64,000 bases of DNA from Eledone cirrhosa (Eukaryota), in assembly GCA_964016885.1 (NCBI GenBank), contig OZ024741.1:117180001-117244000 (forward strand), given 5' to 3'. Positions within the stretch are counted from its first letter, which is position 1; each line of letters opens with the position of its first letter. The notes beneath the pieces were generated by a model. That model saw nothing but the letters and a program-made list of their open reading frames with translations. It did no database searches and had not been told where the DNA came from. The translations under genes were made by a program, and so were the position numbers. Positions 51,397-64,000 of the stretch are shown here, piece by piece.

Positions 51397-54300
51397 GTTG
51401 ATAGTAGACGTCTTACACGTCGGCTCTTCGATTTTGAATCTTTACTTGGTTATTTGTGAGTGTATTATTTAAATTGTTTTACTATTATTGACTCTAACCC
51501 CTCGTCTAGGACTGTAGACGTAGGGTAAATATATTTTCGCCCCTTTTGGGGTGAAAAAATATTTAATTCAAAATGTTTATCGATATCGTTGAAAACGAGG
51601 AAGCCATATTGGAAGCTAACGCCACGCCCACCAAAAAAAAAGCGAGAAAGAGGGAACAACAATTCAAACTGTTGAACTACCCCTCCTCTCCAATGGAAAA
51701 AAGACTGTTAATTCGAGTGAAAACCTAAATTTTGTCAAAAATAACAAGGAAATAAACACCACAAAAGATGAAACCAACAACATTGCAACAACAAGCAACA
51801 ATGAACGAAGCGAAAGCAACAAAGACAACAAAGTTTCTTTTGCTCAAACGGTCAGGAAAGCTATCGAGTACAAGCCCATAGACATTACAAACGCTAAGCA
51901 GAACTTGTTAAATGCCAGAAAATACGTATCTTTTGGGGAGGATGGTTCTTTTACGATCAACTCCCCAGAAGAAGTTCGTCAACAGGTATATAGGAATACC
52001 ATAACCTTCAGGACTATATCCAACGCAACAAGAAAGCCAGCTCAATTGACAGAAAGTCAAATTGAGCTGGTTCTGAAAGACATAAAAAAAGACATACTCT
52101 TTATTGAAAGAGGAAAGCTGTATGCCAGCATTATGGTCCGAATGAAGGACGAAATGCTGGCTCAAAAATGCTCGGTGGCACCTATAGTGTCACCACAATA
52201 CACCTTCTTCCCCACATATAAGGGAAGAAGAACACAAAGACTAAGAATGTGGAGCTCAACGCCAGAAGTAAACATCTGGTCAGTCCTGACAGGATTTACA
52301 GACCTAAAAAAGGACATCCTAATACCAGCAGGGGAGTCCACCAGTGGACTGTTCGGGGGGAAAAGTCTGGAGGTTCTCTTACAGATGACACCTGAGAGAA
52401 TCGCCGGAATACCCGACCGAGTCCTACTGGATGGTCGAACCTTTATTAATATTACGGTGGAAGGCAGGAGGCCCTCATGTTACCACTGCGTTGGCAGAGG
52501 TCACCTGAGGACTGCCTGCCCTCTACTAACAACAAAAAAAAACACTGCTACAAACACCACAACAAAAAACAACCAGCACTACCACCACAAAAGCAACAAA
52601 ATACACTACCATCACCACCACAACGACAACAAAAACCAACAACACCACCTCCACCACCACCACCACAACAACATCAACAACAGCTCAAGAAAACAACCCA
52701 AAACACGGTCCCACCCAGCCCCTCCCCACAGAACACAAATACAAAAACACACGCAGTTCATACACAACCTGGAAATATACCCCTCCCCTCCAATACGGAA
52801 GAGGAGCTCCTATCCTCGGAAGACGAGGGGGCTCCCTTCCAAAAAGTGAAAAGGAAAAAACGTACACACACCACACAAACAAAAATAACCCCACCTGACA
52901 ACACAACACAGACAACAAAACGCAAGCTCACTCAAGAACAACAAGCAAAAACAAACACAACACAAAAACTCTACACATACAAAAACAAAAACAATAAAAA
53001 CTTAACAGAAAAAAATAGACAACAACCCTTCGGTACAAACCGAAGGGCCGAATTTTGCAATGGCAATGGGACTCCCTAACCTGAAAATGGTGAAAGTCCC
53101 ACTTGACATTTTCAAAATATTGAAAAACAATTACCCTGAGGACGTGGGGCCACCCTGCACCAGGCCACTCATCCGCGTCCTCCTGAAAGGTTTTCCCCTC
53201 CCCTCCTCAAACACCCACACAATTCCAAACACCCCAACCCCTCCACACACTAATACCCCCACACTACCACAAACCACCACCCCACCCAACAACCCCTCCA
53301 CCAGCCCCATGGAAACTGAGCAGCCCGGACCCCGGGACGCAGAGAGGTAGGTGCCTCTTTCTTTACCACCAACATGGCTGTGTTAAGAGTAGGTTGTCTA
53401 AATGCGCGTGGCCTGGGCTCACCTTGGAAGCAAGCTAAACTTCTAAATGACCTCAGGTCACAATGTATAAATGTGATGGTTATTTGCGAGGCCCGGATCA
53501 GCAGCGTGCGACAACTAGCCCCCACCTTTGATGACTTTGAGATGCACGCATCTCTCTGTCAGCCCGGAGGTGGGGATGGGGTTGTCGTTCTGCTGCAAAA
53601 ACATCTGGGTCTTGCTATACAGACAGTACACTTGGACCCGGAGGGTCGACTCGTGGTTCTGGACCTTGGCAGTGGTGAAGGCGAAGATTTTAGGCTTGTC
53701 GCCGTATACGCCCCTTTTGGGGGCAATGCGGTCGGACTTCTTCCATCGTCTGGAGACTTTTCTAGGGACGTCCCGCTCCTTGCTTTTAGTGGGGGACTGG
53801 AATGGTATCCTAGATGCACGTTGGGACTATGTAGGGGCATGTCCCGATAGAGGGGGGTGTAACAGCCTCAAGGGGTTAATCGGCCGATTTGACCTGGCCG
53901 ATATATATCGACTAGATTTTCCGACTGTGCCAACCTGGACTTGGTCAAATAACAGTGGTCAATCTAGATCGTACCTAGATAGGTTCTTAGTTAGAATTAA
54001 GGATAGGGACTTTTTAAGTTGTCCAGAAATGCTCATGGTGGGCTATTCAGACCACAAGTTAGTGACCTGCGTAGTCCACCTTCACAGAACGCATAGGCAG
54101 GGACCCGGTTACTGGAAGCTCAACTTGTCCTTACCGGCAAGTAGAGCTTACAGGGACCGGATTAGAACCTTAGTTAAGGAGCGGTTGATGGGCGCCATCG
54201 TCAACGGCAGGTGGTGGGGCTCTCTAAAAAGAGAGATTAGAGTAGTTTCAATAGGAGTTAGTAAGGAGTTAGACTCAGATAGAAATAGGAAGGAAAGGGA

Positions 54301-56980
54301 GTTGGTAGTTAATGTTGAAGAGGCAATGAGAAGCGGCAACGTGGCCAGAGTGCAAGCGTCGAGAACGGCCTTGAGCCAGTTCTTCGACGCGAAACACGAA
54401 GGCTGCGTTGTCCGAAGCAAAATACGTGCTCTGGGAAACGAGGGGACCAAAGCTGTTAGCTGGGCCCGCGTGACAGAAGCCAAAAGTGGGATTAGATTCA
54501 CTATCCGGTTGTTGCGAGACCAGGTTGGACGGGTGATCCTTGAACCTAAGCAAATGTGCGAGGCCTTTCAAAGGCATTTTGCCCGATTGTTCGGGAGGGG
54601 CGGGAGGCCGGTTGGAGATGTGGATTTCGGACCATACCTCGACGGCCTTCCGCGTCTTTCGGACAAGGAGGCGAGGTCCTGCGACGGGCCGATCTCAGCT
54701 GCTAAAATAGGGGACGTGCTGAGCCTATGCGGCAAACGCAAATCTCCAGGGCTCGATGGTCTGCCCTACGAATTATATATTAACATGCCGGACTTGTTCC
54801 CCGATCTCCTCGAGGATGTCTACTGCAACTGGCAACAGAACGGGAGAATTCCCTGTTCTGTGACCAAGTAGTCTCGCTAGTGAGGAAGGACGAGAACAAG
54901 GGGGATGACATTAGTAATTTTAGGCCCATAACTCTGCTAAATGCAGAGTTAAAGATTTTGGCCAAGGTGTTAGCGAAGAGGTTGGCGCTTGTCGTGGGGG
55001 CCTGGTGGGAGATGCGCAGACATGCGCTATCCCGTCCAGGTCCATCCACGACAACCTCCACCTCATGCGATACACCATAGAGAGGGTTGGGAACGAACCC
55101 GGCTTTGGTGGGGCCCTGATAAATTTAGATCAGTCTAAAGCTTTCGATAAGGTGGACCATGGTTACCTGGATGCGGTGCTAGCGGCGGCTGGTTTCGGAC
55201 CCGTTTTCAGGGGCTGGATCACTGCCGTGCACAGCAGCCGCATCTGCTCTAGAGTCAAGGTGAACGGCTACCTCTCGGAGCCGTTCGAAATCACCCGCTC
55301 CATCCGACAGGGGTGCCCTCTCTCCTCCCTTCTGTATGTATTGGCTCTCGAGCCACTACTGCGGAAGTTGGGGTTGTTGCAGGGCATCCCTTTGGAACCA
55401 GGATTGCGCAAAGCGGTGTCGGCCTACGCCGATGACGTAACAGTAATGGTGTCGACCACCGCGGAAATCGAGGCAATCGGCACCTTACTGGAGGAGTACG
55501 AAAGGTTGACAGGGGCTAAGCTGAACCGGGAGAAGTCAGTTTCTTTGCAACTCGACGAGTGGAGGGACAAACCGATGTCGTCCGACGGTATCGTCGGACG
55601 GTGGACGGAGGGCCCGGTGAAGTTGCTTGGGGTCTGGTTCGGACCGGACCTCCAGGTGGAGAAAAACTGGGGTGAGGTGACGAATAGGGTGTTTGCACTG
55701 ACCCAGAAGTGGGCCGATTGCAAACTATCCCTGAAAGGTCGGGTAGAGGTGGCGAACGCTTACATAGCGTCCGTCATCTATTACCGCTTGACTGTGTGCC
55801 TGCCTGGGTGAGATCCTCGCCAAAATGGAGCGCGCACTCTTTCACTTCCTCTGGAAGAAGGGGTCTCCCCTGGTGAGGAGATCCATCTGCTGTCAACACC
55901 CTTTGAAAGGAGGGCTGGGGATGCCGTGGCTAAAAATGCATAAACACGCATTGAGGCTACGGCACCTCCACGTATTCCTCACCGGTCAACCGGTGTGGGC
56001 CCCGTTTGTGAGGCGAGCCTTCCCGAGGCTCGTCTCGCTCACCGAGCTGCAGTCCTGGGTGAAGCAAAGACCGAGAAAACTGGGTGACTGGCACACCGAG
56101 TGTGCCCAGGCGCTCACGGCTCTCTGGCAGGCGGACCCGGCTATCGGTGGAGACTCCACCTCGTCATTCTATAGAGGGCTGGTGGTTAGCAGGTGCGACA
56201 ACGCCTTCTGAGAAACCCTAGGCATGGAGGAGGACGAACTGGCCAGCCTATTCGGTAGGACTTTCGGCCCGGAACCTATGGACAACTTCCAGAAGTCCTT
56301 GGCTTGGCAGTGCTACCGAGGGGCTCTGCCCGTTCGGGATAAGCTCTACAGACACGGGCGCCCGGGTAGGGACCCTTCGAAAAAGATCTGTCCCAGATGC
56401 GTGCGCGACGAGGAAACCGTCGCGCACGTATTGGTGCACTGCCCGGGCGTTACCGATCTGTGGGGCTATGTCGAACAACTGCTGTCACGGGTGGGACCAA
56501 TTAGGTTGACCTCCGAGTCCATTGTAAAAATGAAGGAGAGGCGGTCTTCCTCTGTGTAATAGCCATGGTAAAAGAGATTGTATGGTGGACGCGTCAAAAG
56601 GGCTGAGGTCGGACACCTTTCTTTCCGGCCAACAACTGGTCCTTTTCTTCCGATACCATTTCGGAAGAAGGATCAGGATGGAGAGAGAGGTGCTCCACCC
56701 CAGCCAGTTTTATGAAAGGTGGGTGAAAGTTGTGAGAATGGCCCGTGTGAATAGGCCTTCTCTCTACCTCAGCCTCTAGGTGGAAAAGGAAGAAGGGAGT
56801 ACCCTCTCTTTGTGCTCCCGTGGAGAAGGGTCGCATATTTTTTTCGGGGGTGTGTGAGACCCCTATTGAGGACCTATTTGTTATAATTTTATTTGTTATT
56901 ACACTTTTTTACTCGATTTCTATGTAAACATGTATGTATCCCTTTCTTTTGTGCCCTCGTGGCAAATAAACAGAAATTTG
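51397..56980 (+). mobile_element. Tx1-type retrotransposon, apparently full length, degenerate, in (TCTG)n
   Basis: ORF1 with RRPSCYHCVGRGHLRTAC; ORF2 53374-56779 with APE (CLNARGL, GDWN, YSDHK), RT (QGCPLS, YADD) and CPRC..H..C; AATAAA then (TCTG)n. Confidence 0.93.
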
Positions 56981-57653
56981 TCTGTCTGTCTGTCTGTGTA
57001 TCTGTGTACACAGGAAACGAAATTTTGAAAGTATTTTAATAAGAAATATCTTTATTTTTAAAGTAAATATATGTTAATCAAATCTAGATAAGTTATCTTG
57101 GAACAAGATATAAAGATTCAGTAAATATCTGACGAATAGTAGGACAGTATTTGAACCAGTTTTAACCAATCAGCGTGATTGGACTGTCAGTTTATATGAA
57201 TAATATGGGTTTGGACCCCTAAATCCGGGTAGAGTCGTCGGGCCGCCGTAATGATATATAGTGTGTCTTGTATATTTTAAACTTTGTGGAGCCCACACTC
57301 TCTAAAGGTTAGATGTATAATAGGGATGTCTTATAGAGGAGGAAAGGGCCCAACGTTTTATGGAAGAATGGAAATGAATGCGATGTTATTTGTGTTACGG
57401 GGATTGTGGCTAACCCTATATCTGTTTGGATGGTGGTAGAGCTGGTGTGACTGGTCCCTCGCAATATTGCTTCAGTGCTTGGAACAATTGCTGTGGTTGT
57501 TATTCTTGTCATTGTTGATTGTGGTTATGGTGCTTCCCTTATTGCAGTTGCTGCTGTTTTATTTTAGTTGCGGGTCCTGGCAGAGGCAGGGAAAGAAAGG
57601 AGGGCCTCCTGTTCTTCAGTATTTGGTGGAAGATAAGAAAATGTCTGGCATGC

Positions 57654-57654
<1 letters not shown>

Positions 57655-57684
<30 letters not shown>

Positions 57685-58165
57685 AAGAAGAAGAAGAAGA
57701 AGAAGAAGAAGAAATGCACAAACGAGAACACGTTGATGTGAACAAACAGCAATACCAACAGCAGCAATAACATCAACAACACCATCAACGACGTAGCAAC
57801 AACAACGGAAACATCAAGTACAGTAGCAACAATATCATCATCATCACCAACAACATCAATAACAACTCCAAGGACATTAACATCAGCAACAATAATATCA
57901 TCATCATCAGCAACATCAGCACCAACAACATCACCATCAACTGCAAACATCACCATCAGCACCACCAACCACCACATCAAAACTACATCATCACTACCAA
58001 CAATAACTACGCCATGACCAACATCACAAGGACGACGAGCATTACCACCACTACTACCACCACCAACTCCACCCCCACCAACACCACTATCACTACCACC
58101 ACCACCACCACCACACCACCACTACTAGCACCACCACCACCACTACTAGCACCACCACCTCCACC

Positions 58166-58196
<31 letters not shown>

Positions 58197-58260
58197 CTAC
58201 TGCCACACCCATCACCACCAATACCACATCTACCACCATTAATATTGCCACATCCGTCAC
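57655..58260. repeat. (GAA)n followed by CAA/CAT/CAC low-complexity tract
   Basis: Direct inspection. Confidence 0.85.
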
Positions 58261-58321
58261 ATGCACCGTGGACTCCTTTGGCCTCCACCCGCTTTCCTGT
58301 CGCTACAGTGCCATAAGTATT

Positions 58322-58760
58322 GCTTGGATGCTGCAGGCTTCCCCTCCCAGCTCCAGCCAGTGGGGCTGGATCAAGGGGACGGCAAAAGGCCAGATGGTAT
58401 GACCATCTTCCGCGGTGGCTAACCCCTCGTCTGGGATGCCACTTGCACCGACACTTTCTCCAGTCGGAACCTGGTGCAGTCTGCGACTAACCCAGGTTCT
58501 GCTGCACTTCAAGCTGAGGAGGGCAAACTCTCCACGTATCGGTCGCTCTCCGACAGGTTTGCAGTCGTGCCCCTAGCAGTGGCGACTCCAGTGTCCTTGG
58601 TCCTAGGGCTACCTCCCTACTTACCACCATAGGCGCTGAGCTGGCCAGCCGCAGGTGTGTGCCTCGCGAGATGGAATGGCTCTTCCAGCGCATCTCCCTT
58701 ACCATCCTCCGGGGAAATGCCTTCTCCATTCTGTCAACAGAGAGATGCGGAGGGCGAGAG
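58322..58760 (+). mobile_element. CRE-clade non-LTR RLE fragment
   Basis: GLDQGDGKRPDGMTIF..LVWDATCTDT..EWLFQRISLTILRGNAFSIL. Confidence 0.75.
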
Positions 58761-59099
58761 AGATGGACGCGACGACAGTGTACAGCTTCAGATGTCCGTA
58801 GGGAGGTAGTGGTTTGTACTCAGCAAAGGGTTTTAGAACCCTGTGTTTGCGATTCCTGTATGTATTATGAAGATCTGACTTCTCTATACTTCTAGATTAA
58901 ATTTCCCCAGGCCAACAACAACTATTTATCACTTTTTAACATATAGTTTATTACTTTCTAGATTATTAGATCAGTGCTTAATACCGACATATCAACCAGT
59001 GTAGATATTGGTCAACTCTGTTATGTCTAGACTACTCGTGCTAAAACTTTATATCCAGAGATTAAGCGGTCCCCTATTTCAATCTCATTATGAATTTTT

Positions 59100-59510
59100 A
59101 TAACTACAACTACCAACACAACCATTACCACCATTCCCGCTACCACCACCACCAACACTACCACTACCAAGATCACTACCACCACATCCACCACCACCAC
59201 TACCACTATCACCACAATCACCACTACCAACACCACTTCCACCACAACCACCACCACAACCACCACTACCATCACCACCACCACTGCCGCCATCACCACC
59301 ACCATCATCACCACCACTACCACCACCACCACCACCATCACCACTACTACCACAACCAACACAACTACCACCACCATTGCCACTACCACTACCACCACCA
59401 CCTCCACAATCGCCACCACCATTACCACCATCCCTACCACCACTATCACCAACACCATTACCACCACTACCACCACCGCCTCTACCACCACCATCACCAC
59501 CACCAACAAC
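59100..59510. repeat. Degenerate (CAC)n low-complexity tract
   Basis: Direct inspection. Confidence 0.85.
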
Positions 59511-59774
59511 TGAAATGATTCCTTCGCGTTTCTCAAGAATTCCACTTACCGTGTTATACTCTGAAATGTTGAACCTTATCAGTACTAAATCCAGACCAGA
59601 CGTTAGCAAATCTAGTGAACCGTTGAGATTGGAACATGTCTTCTGTGTAAAGCTTTCTTGGTGGCTGTCCTTTATTGCAAATATTTCTAAGACGTAGATG
59701 CCCATATAGGACATTACACAAGGCCGTATTGTTCACGCTATATGCAAATGAGCATCTTGTTGCGAGAAATTATT

Positions 59775-60280
59775 GGATTGGCAGTATCAGTAGAATGTCG
59801 GACAACATGTTTTGTGGCATATAGTTAAAGCTCTTCTCTTTCTGAGTTCAAATCCCGTCGAAGTTAGCCTTGCATTTCATCTTGCGGTGTCGATAAAATA
59901 AAATACCTGTAACCAGGGGCCTCGTTTGCCTTTAAAATGCGAAGGGGGAGGGGGGGACAAACCAACATTTGTTGATTCTTAAAGGAACATATTAGTATTG
60001 TTTATGGCGCCTTTCCCGGACCCTATCACATAAATAAAATTTTACGCTAATTAAATTTTATATTTTCAAATGAAGTTCAGATCCCAAAAAAATAAGCTTA
60101 AAAAGAATTTATTATATCAAATAAACAAAAAATAAAACAGACGTTTGAAACAATGGGCGGAGGGGACTTTTTCCCTGGTACCCCTCTGAAACAAGGTCCT
60201 TGCCTGTAACGCACTGTAGTCGATTTAATCAACTACCCCGCCTCCCAAATTGTTGACCTGGTGCCTAAATCATAAACCAT
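59775..60280 (+). mobile_element. SINE interrupted by a MITE
   Basis: tRNA head and central domain up to 59913; the SINE resumes at 60203. Confidence 0.75.
59914..60202. mobile_element. hAT-type MITE (289 bp)
   Basis: 8-bp TSD CCTGTAAC; imperfect TIRs CAGGGGCCTCGTTT / CAAGGACCTTGTTT. Confidence 0.8.
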
Positions 60281-60449
60281 TAATGATAATCTTCTTCTTC
60301 TTCTTCTTCTTCTTCTTCTTCTTCTTCTTCTTCTTCTTCTACCGAGAGGGTCATGGGTGTATAGTCCTCAGAGCATCTTCATCAATGTATTATTTGCAAA
60401 AATCTCTATATAAATTACCAGCTTATTTTACCACTTTACTGACCGTGTA

Positions 60450-60498
60450 AGCGTCACTGAAGATGGATAAAGATCCTGAAATACTAGTATTTGGCGTT
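60450..60498 (+). ncRNA. Minimal type I hammerhead ribozyme
   Basis: AGCGTCA-CTGAAGA-tGGAT(AAAG)ATCCt-GAAA-TACTAGTA-TT-TGGCGTT; palindromic stem III. Confidence 0.72.
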
Positions 60499-61091
60499 CT
60501 CACACGATGACTGAGGTAGTTGTGACATAATCACAGCCTAAAATACCCACGGTAAGAGTTATGTATATGTATTATGCATAAATACATTGTATATGCTTTC
60601 ATATTTTATTATGAGAAGAAGAAGATCGTAAAGTTGACTTTGGTGGGATTTGAACTTTGAGCGCAGTTAGCCAGAAGAGCGATCACCACATGACAGTGTA
60701 TCCGACGCACAAACGACTCCCAAAATCCAGTTCGCCTTCTTTTAACCGACTTCGTCCTACCCTAAAATATGCAGTATTGGATTAAAAGTGTGGGTGTGAT
60801 GTGGTAATGATAGGGTTAATGATGATATTTAGTCCAAGCTATTATCTACTGTGTATTTCCTCGCTTAACCCAGCAGGATGTAATTTGAGGGAGATTTAGC
60901 TACTATTTTTAGCAGACTGAGCGAATACATAGAAACTGCTTCTATTTTATGTGTTTGTTGGTAGCTAGATAAACCGCAATACCATCTTGCTTTTCCCAAA
61001 CTGTTATCTGTTCTATCTTATGTTATCTTTTCCTGTGTAACGTATAAGCTCTAAATACAGACAAATTAAATGTATTTATCTGTCTATTGTA

Positions 61092-61303
61092 CAGGGTGAC
61101 CTCACAAACACACCAGTTACGTTGTTGTGGAGTGAACGCCACCTTGAATTACACTGTCATCTAACGGACCGAGTGAATTCTGCAAATGAGGAAGGAAACT
61201 TTATTAGGTTATGTAACTGTAGCCACCAATATTGTAAGAATATTCATCTAAGTTCTGATACTATAAGTATTTGAAATCAAGGGGTGTTTTTGTGGTCACC
61301 CTG
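61092..61303. mobile_element. Tc1/mariner-type MITE
   Basis: Flanked by TA; TIRs CAGGGTGACC..CAAACAC and GTGTTTTTGTGGTCACCCTG. Confidence 0.8.
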
Positions 61304-61325
61304 TATATATGGTTGTGGTACGCAA

Positions 61326-61640
61326 CATGGCCGAATGGCTAAGAACTTCGCTTCGCAATAATTATTAGGTCTTGCGTTCGATCCCACTGCGTGGCCTCTT
61401 TGTCAATCATCATTTACCATAATTTTGGGTCGACCCAATCCTTCTGATTAAAATTGGGCAGACAGAAACTGTTTGGAAGCCTGTCGGACAGTCAGTAACT
61501 CAGTAATTTGAATGGTCAACTTTGTCACGCTGAATCTCCCTGAGAATTTTACATTATGTGTAAACGTATCAGTGGAATACTCAGCCGCGTACAAGTTAAT
61601 TTTTAGGGAAGACGGTTCCGTTGATCGAACAATAGGAACA
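61326..61640 (+). mobile_element. Second-family tRNA SINE
   Basis: TGGCCGAATGGCTAAG A box and GTTCGATCC B box. Confidence 0.7.
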
Positions 61641-61674
61641 CACATCATCAAAACTGCGGAGGTTAATTCCATTC

Positions 61675-62543
61675 CTTTCACAGAACTTATATTCATCGAT
61701 TTCAGGGACTTGACTCCTTCTTCCTCACTTTTCGTTGCATTACCATCTTTGATTGTTTACAGTCTCGCTCGTTCCCCTTATTTACGTGTCCCAACGACTT
61801 TCTTTAGCCGTTGCTCGCACCAACCGGAGGTATATGGTCTTTAAAGCGACGAAATACCAATGAAGGTTGGAAGATCACCGATGAAGGACTAAATTTATTC
61901 ATATGTAACCCATTTACAACCACGCAGCACGCTTGTTTTCATATTCACACATATATATTTTCCTCCGTTGTGACCCGTCTGTTTCTTTCTTACTGCTTCC
62001 TCTTTTCTCTGTATCTCTCACTTCCCTTTACCCCCTCTAACAGTCACTCTCTCTGTTAGCCTCTTCCTCGCCTTTCACTCACTCGCTCTCTGCTACTCCC
62101 TCTCCTACTTCTTCCCGTTTGATCTGTGCGAAATTCTTTCCTCACGCACACTTTGACCAGGTCGGTTGTTCTTTATTCTCTCTCGTCTACGATTTCACAG
62201 AACTTATGTTCACCGATTTCAGGGACTTGTCTCCTTCTTCCTCCCGTTTGACCTGTGCAAAATTCTTTCTTTACTCACATTTCGACCAGGTTTGATGGTC
62301 TTTATTCTCTCTCGTCCACGATTTCACAGAACTTATATTCATCGATTTCAGGGACTTGACTCCTTCTTCCTCACTTTTCGTTGCATTACCATCTTTGATT
62401 GTTTACAGTTTCGCTCGTTCCCCTTATTTATGTGTCCCAACGACTTTCTTTAGCCGTTGTTCGCACCAACCGGAGGTATATGGTCTTTAAAGCGATGAAA
62501 TACCAATGAAAGTTGGAAGATCACTGATGAAGGACTAAATTTA

Positions 62544-62548
<5 letters not shown>
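61675..62548. repeat. Local duplication (~225-bp direct repeat plus partial internal repeats)
   Basis: tttcacagaacttat..gatgaaggactaaatttattcatat at ~61675-61903 and ~62321-62548. Confidence 0.85.
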
Positions 62549-62582
<34 letters not shown>

Positions 62583-62585
62583 CAC

Positions 62586-62817
62586 AAATTTAAATTTTGA
62601 AGACCAACACAATGCGTTATGAAGATTGTTAAAATTGCCAAGATAACACTGCTCCCATACAAACAAGTCTACCCGATCAATTTTTATGGGGTCACTCCCT
62701 TGATAATGGGTTTTTAAACCTGAAAATATTTGGGATCGTTAAATTTGCTAAGGTAGGATTCTTGGCAATTTTAACAATCTTCATAACGCATTGTGTTAGT
62801 CTTCAAAATTTAAATTT
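62586..62817. repeat. Fold-back (58-bp arms) with degenerate hammerhead in the spacer
   Basis: Arms 62586-62643 and 62760-62817; TCCC-TTGATAA-..GGTTT/AAACC-GAAA-ATAT-TT-GGGA at 62696-62735. Confidence 0.75.
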
Positions 62818-62861
62818 ATGTTTATTAAACACGCAAGCTACAAAACTCTGTTATATATATA

Positions 62862-64000
62862 CAGGGTGCGGGTGGTATTTAAGGACACATGCATTTTTAG
62901 TCATTATTTTATTTGACTAATTTTTATTGAACTTCTATTTCAGAAAATAACAATGAAAATAACTATGCTTACTAATGAAATGAAAAGTCATGCTGTGATT
63001 GTGGTTTTGAAGGCTAAGCATGGGGATTTAAAAATTTCTCGTTTTTTGAAAGTCGCAAGATCTTTTGTCCACAAGATTCGGTGTGAATTAGAGAAAGAAG
63101 ATGGAAGCGTATTACCTGTATCAAAATGTTAAAAAAAACATTCCAAACACTCTGATTCTATCAGGACACCTGAATTTATTCAGGAAGTTAAGCAAAACAT
63201 TGATGGCAATCCAGGAAAATCAATGAAGTCAATTGCAAAAGATTTCGGTGTGTCAGAAAAAACAATCAGAAATGTTGTGCATGAAGACATCTGATACAAA
63301 TCTTACGTGGTGAGGAGAGGTCAATTCATGTCAGAAAAACAAAAGAAAACCATTTAATCAGATCCAAAAGATTTTTTTAACAAACTTAAAAGTCCATCAG
63401 AATATGGTGTGATTTGTTTTTTCTCAGATGAGAAAACTTTGACCAGGACCAGAAAACTAACAGAAGAAATGACAGGTGGCTATGTGCAGACCCTTCTGAG
63501 ATTCCAAGAGTAATGCACACACAATTTCCTGCAAGTGTCATGGTTTTTGGTGTTGTTAGGAATGAAGGACATGTAATGCCTCCTCACGTTTTTCCACAAG
63601 GCCTTGGGGTGAATGCTGTTGCGTATATTGAGGTTCTGGATAAAGTTGTTAAGCCTTAGATCAACAGTATATGCAATGGAAGGCCTTATTCAACAAGATT
63701 CTGCACCATCACATAAGGCGCAAATGACACAAGAATGGATGGCCATACAAATGCATGATCACATCACCCCCAACATTTGGTCTCCTAATTCTCCAGATCT
63801 CAATCCACTGGACTACTATGTATGGAGCGTCGTTGAGAAAAATGTCAATGAACACCTCCATAGCACCAAATATTCTTTGAAAGCCGCCATAATTCGAGTC
63901 ATGTCCGATAAGAAGGACCACTTAATCTGAGCTTGTAAACGATTTCGACCCTGTGTAGAGGCAGTTATTGGATGAAATTATGAAATTGATAATTTAGCTT
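62862..64000 (+). mobile_element. Tc1/mariner DD37D (maT-type) transposon, defective transposase (~62953-63930)
   Basis: TA|CAGGGTG left end; HTH region SIAKDFGVSEKTIRNVV; FFSDEK; QQD-x37-D (SPDLNPLD); stops and frameshifts. Confidence 0.88.

Noticed and set aside
50512-51472. 253-315-aa Ser/Leu/Cys/Val ORFs
   Set aside because: Open in all three frames only because the TCTG/TC repeat lacks stop codons.
59027-59714. His-rich, Gly-rich and Val-rich ORFs resembling structural proteins
   Set aside because: Degenerate (CAC)n tract open in several frames; no splice or signal-peptide support.
62520-62548. CTGATGAAGGAC as a hammerhead
   Set aside because: No stem II closure or GAAA follows; truncated at best.

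Overview
This is AT-rich, microsatellite-dense eukaryotic genomic DNA. The SINE and repeat landscape suggests a coleoid cephalopod such as octopus (inference only). One host gene is supported on the minus strand. It has 5 coding exons (43053-42948, 24449-24220, 22349-22007, 20671-20090, 14606-14050) with consistent splice phases, encodes a ~605-aa secreted protein (signal peptide plus 3 VWA domains with intact MIDAS motifs), and has a TATA(-31)/Inr core promoter. The rest is mostly mobile DNA. Intron 1 holds a ~17-kb stack of R4/Dong-clade retrotransposons (two families) plus a Tx1-type element, with (TAA)n at nearly every junction, and intron 4 holds a smaller stack. A related Tx1 element sits in a (TCTG)n tract. 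Several Penelope-like elements and short solo or fold-back remnants, mostly in (TA)n, carry recognisable minimal type I hammerhead ribozyme motifs (about 7 near-intact plus several degenerate). Also present are tRNA-derived SINEs, RTE and CRE fragments, a hAT MITE, a mariner-type MITE and a DD37D transposon remnant. All calls were made by eye without database searches, and repeat boundaries are approximate.
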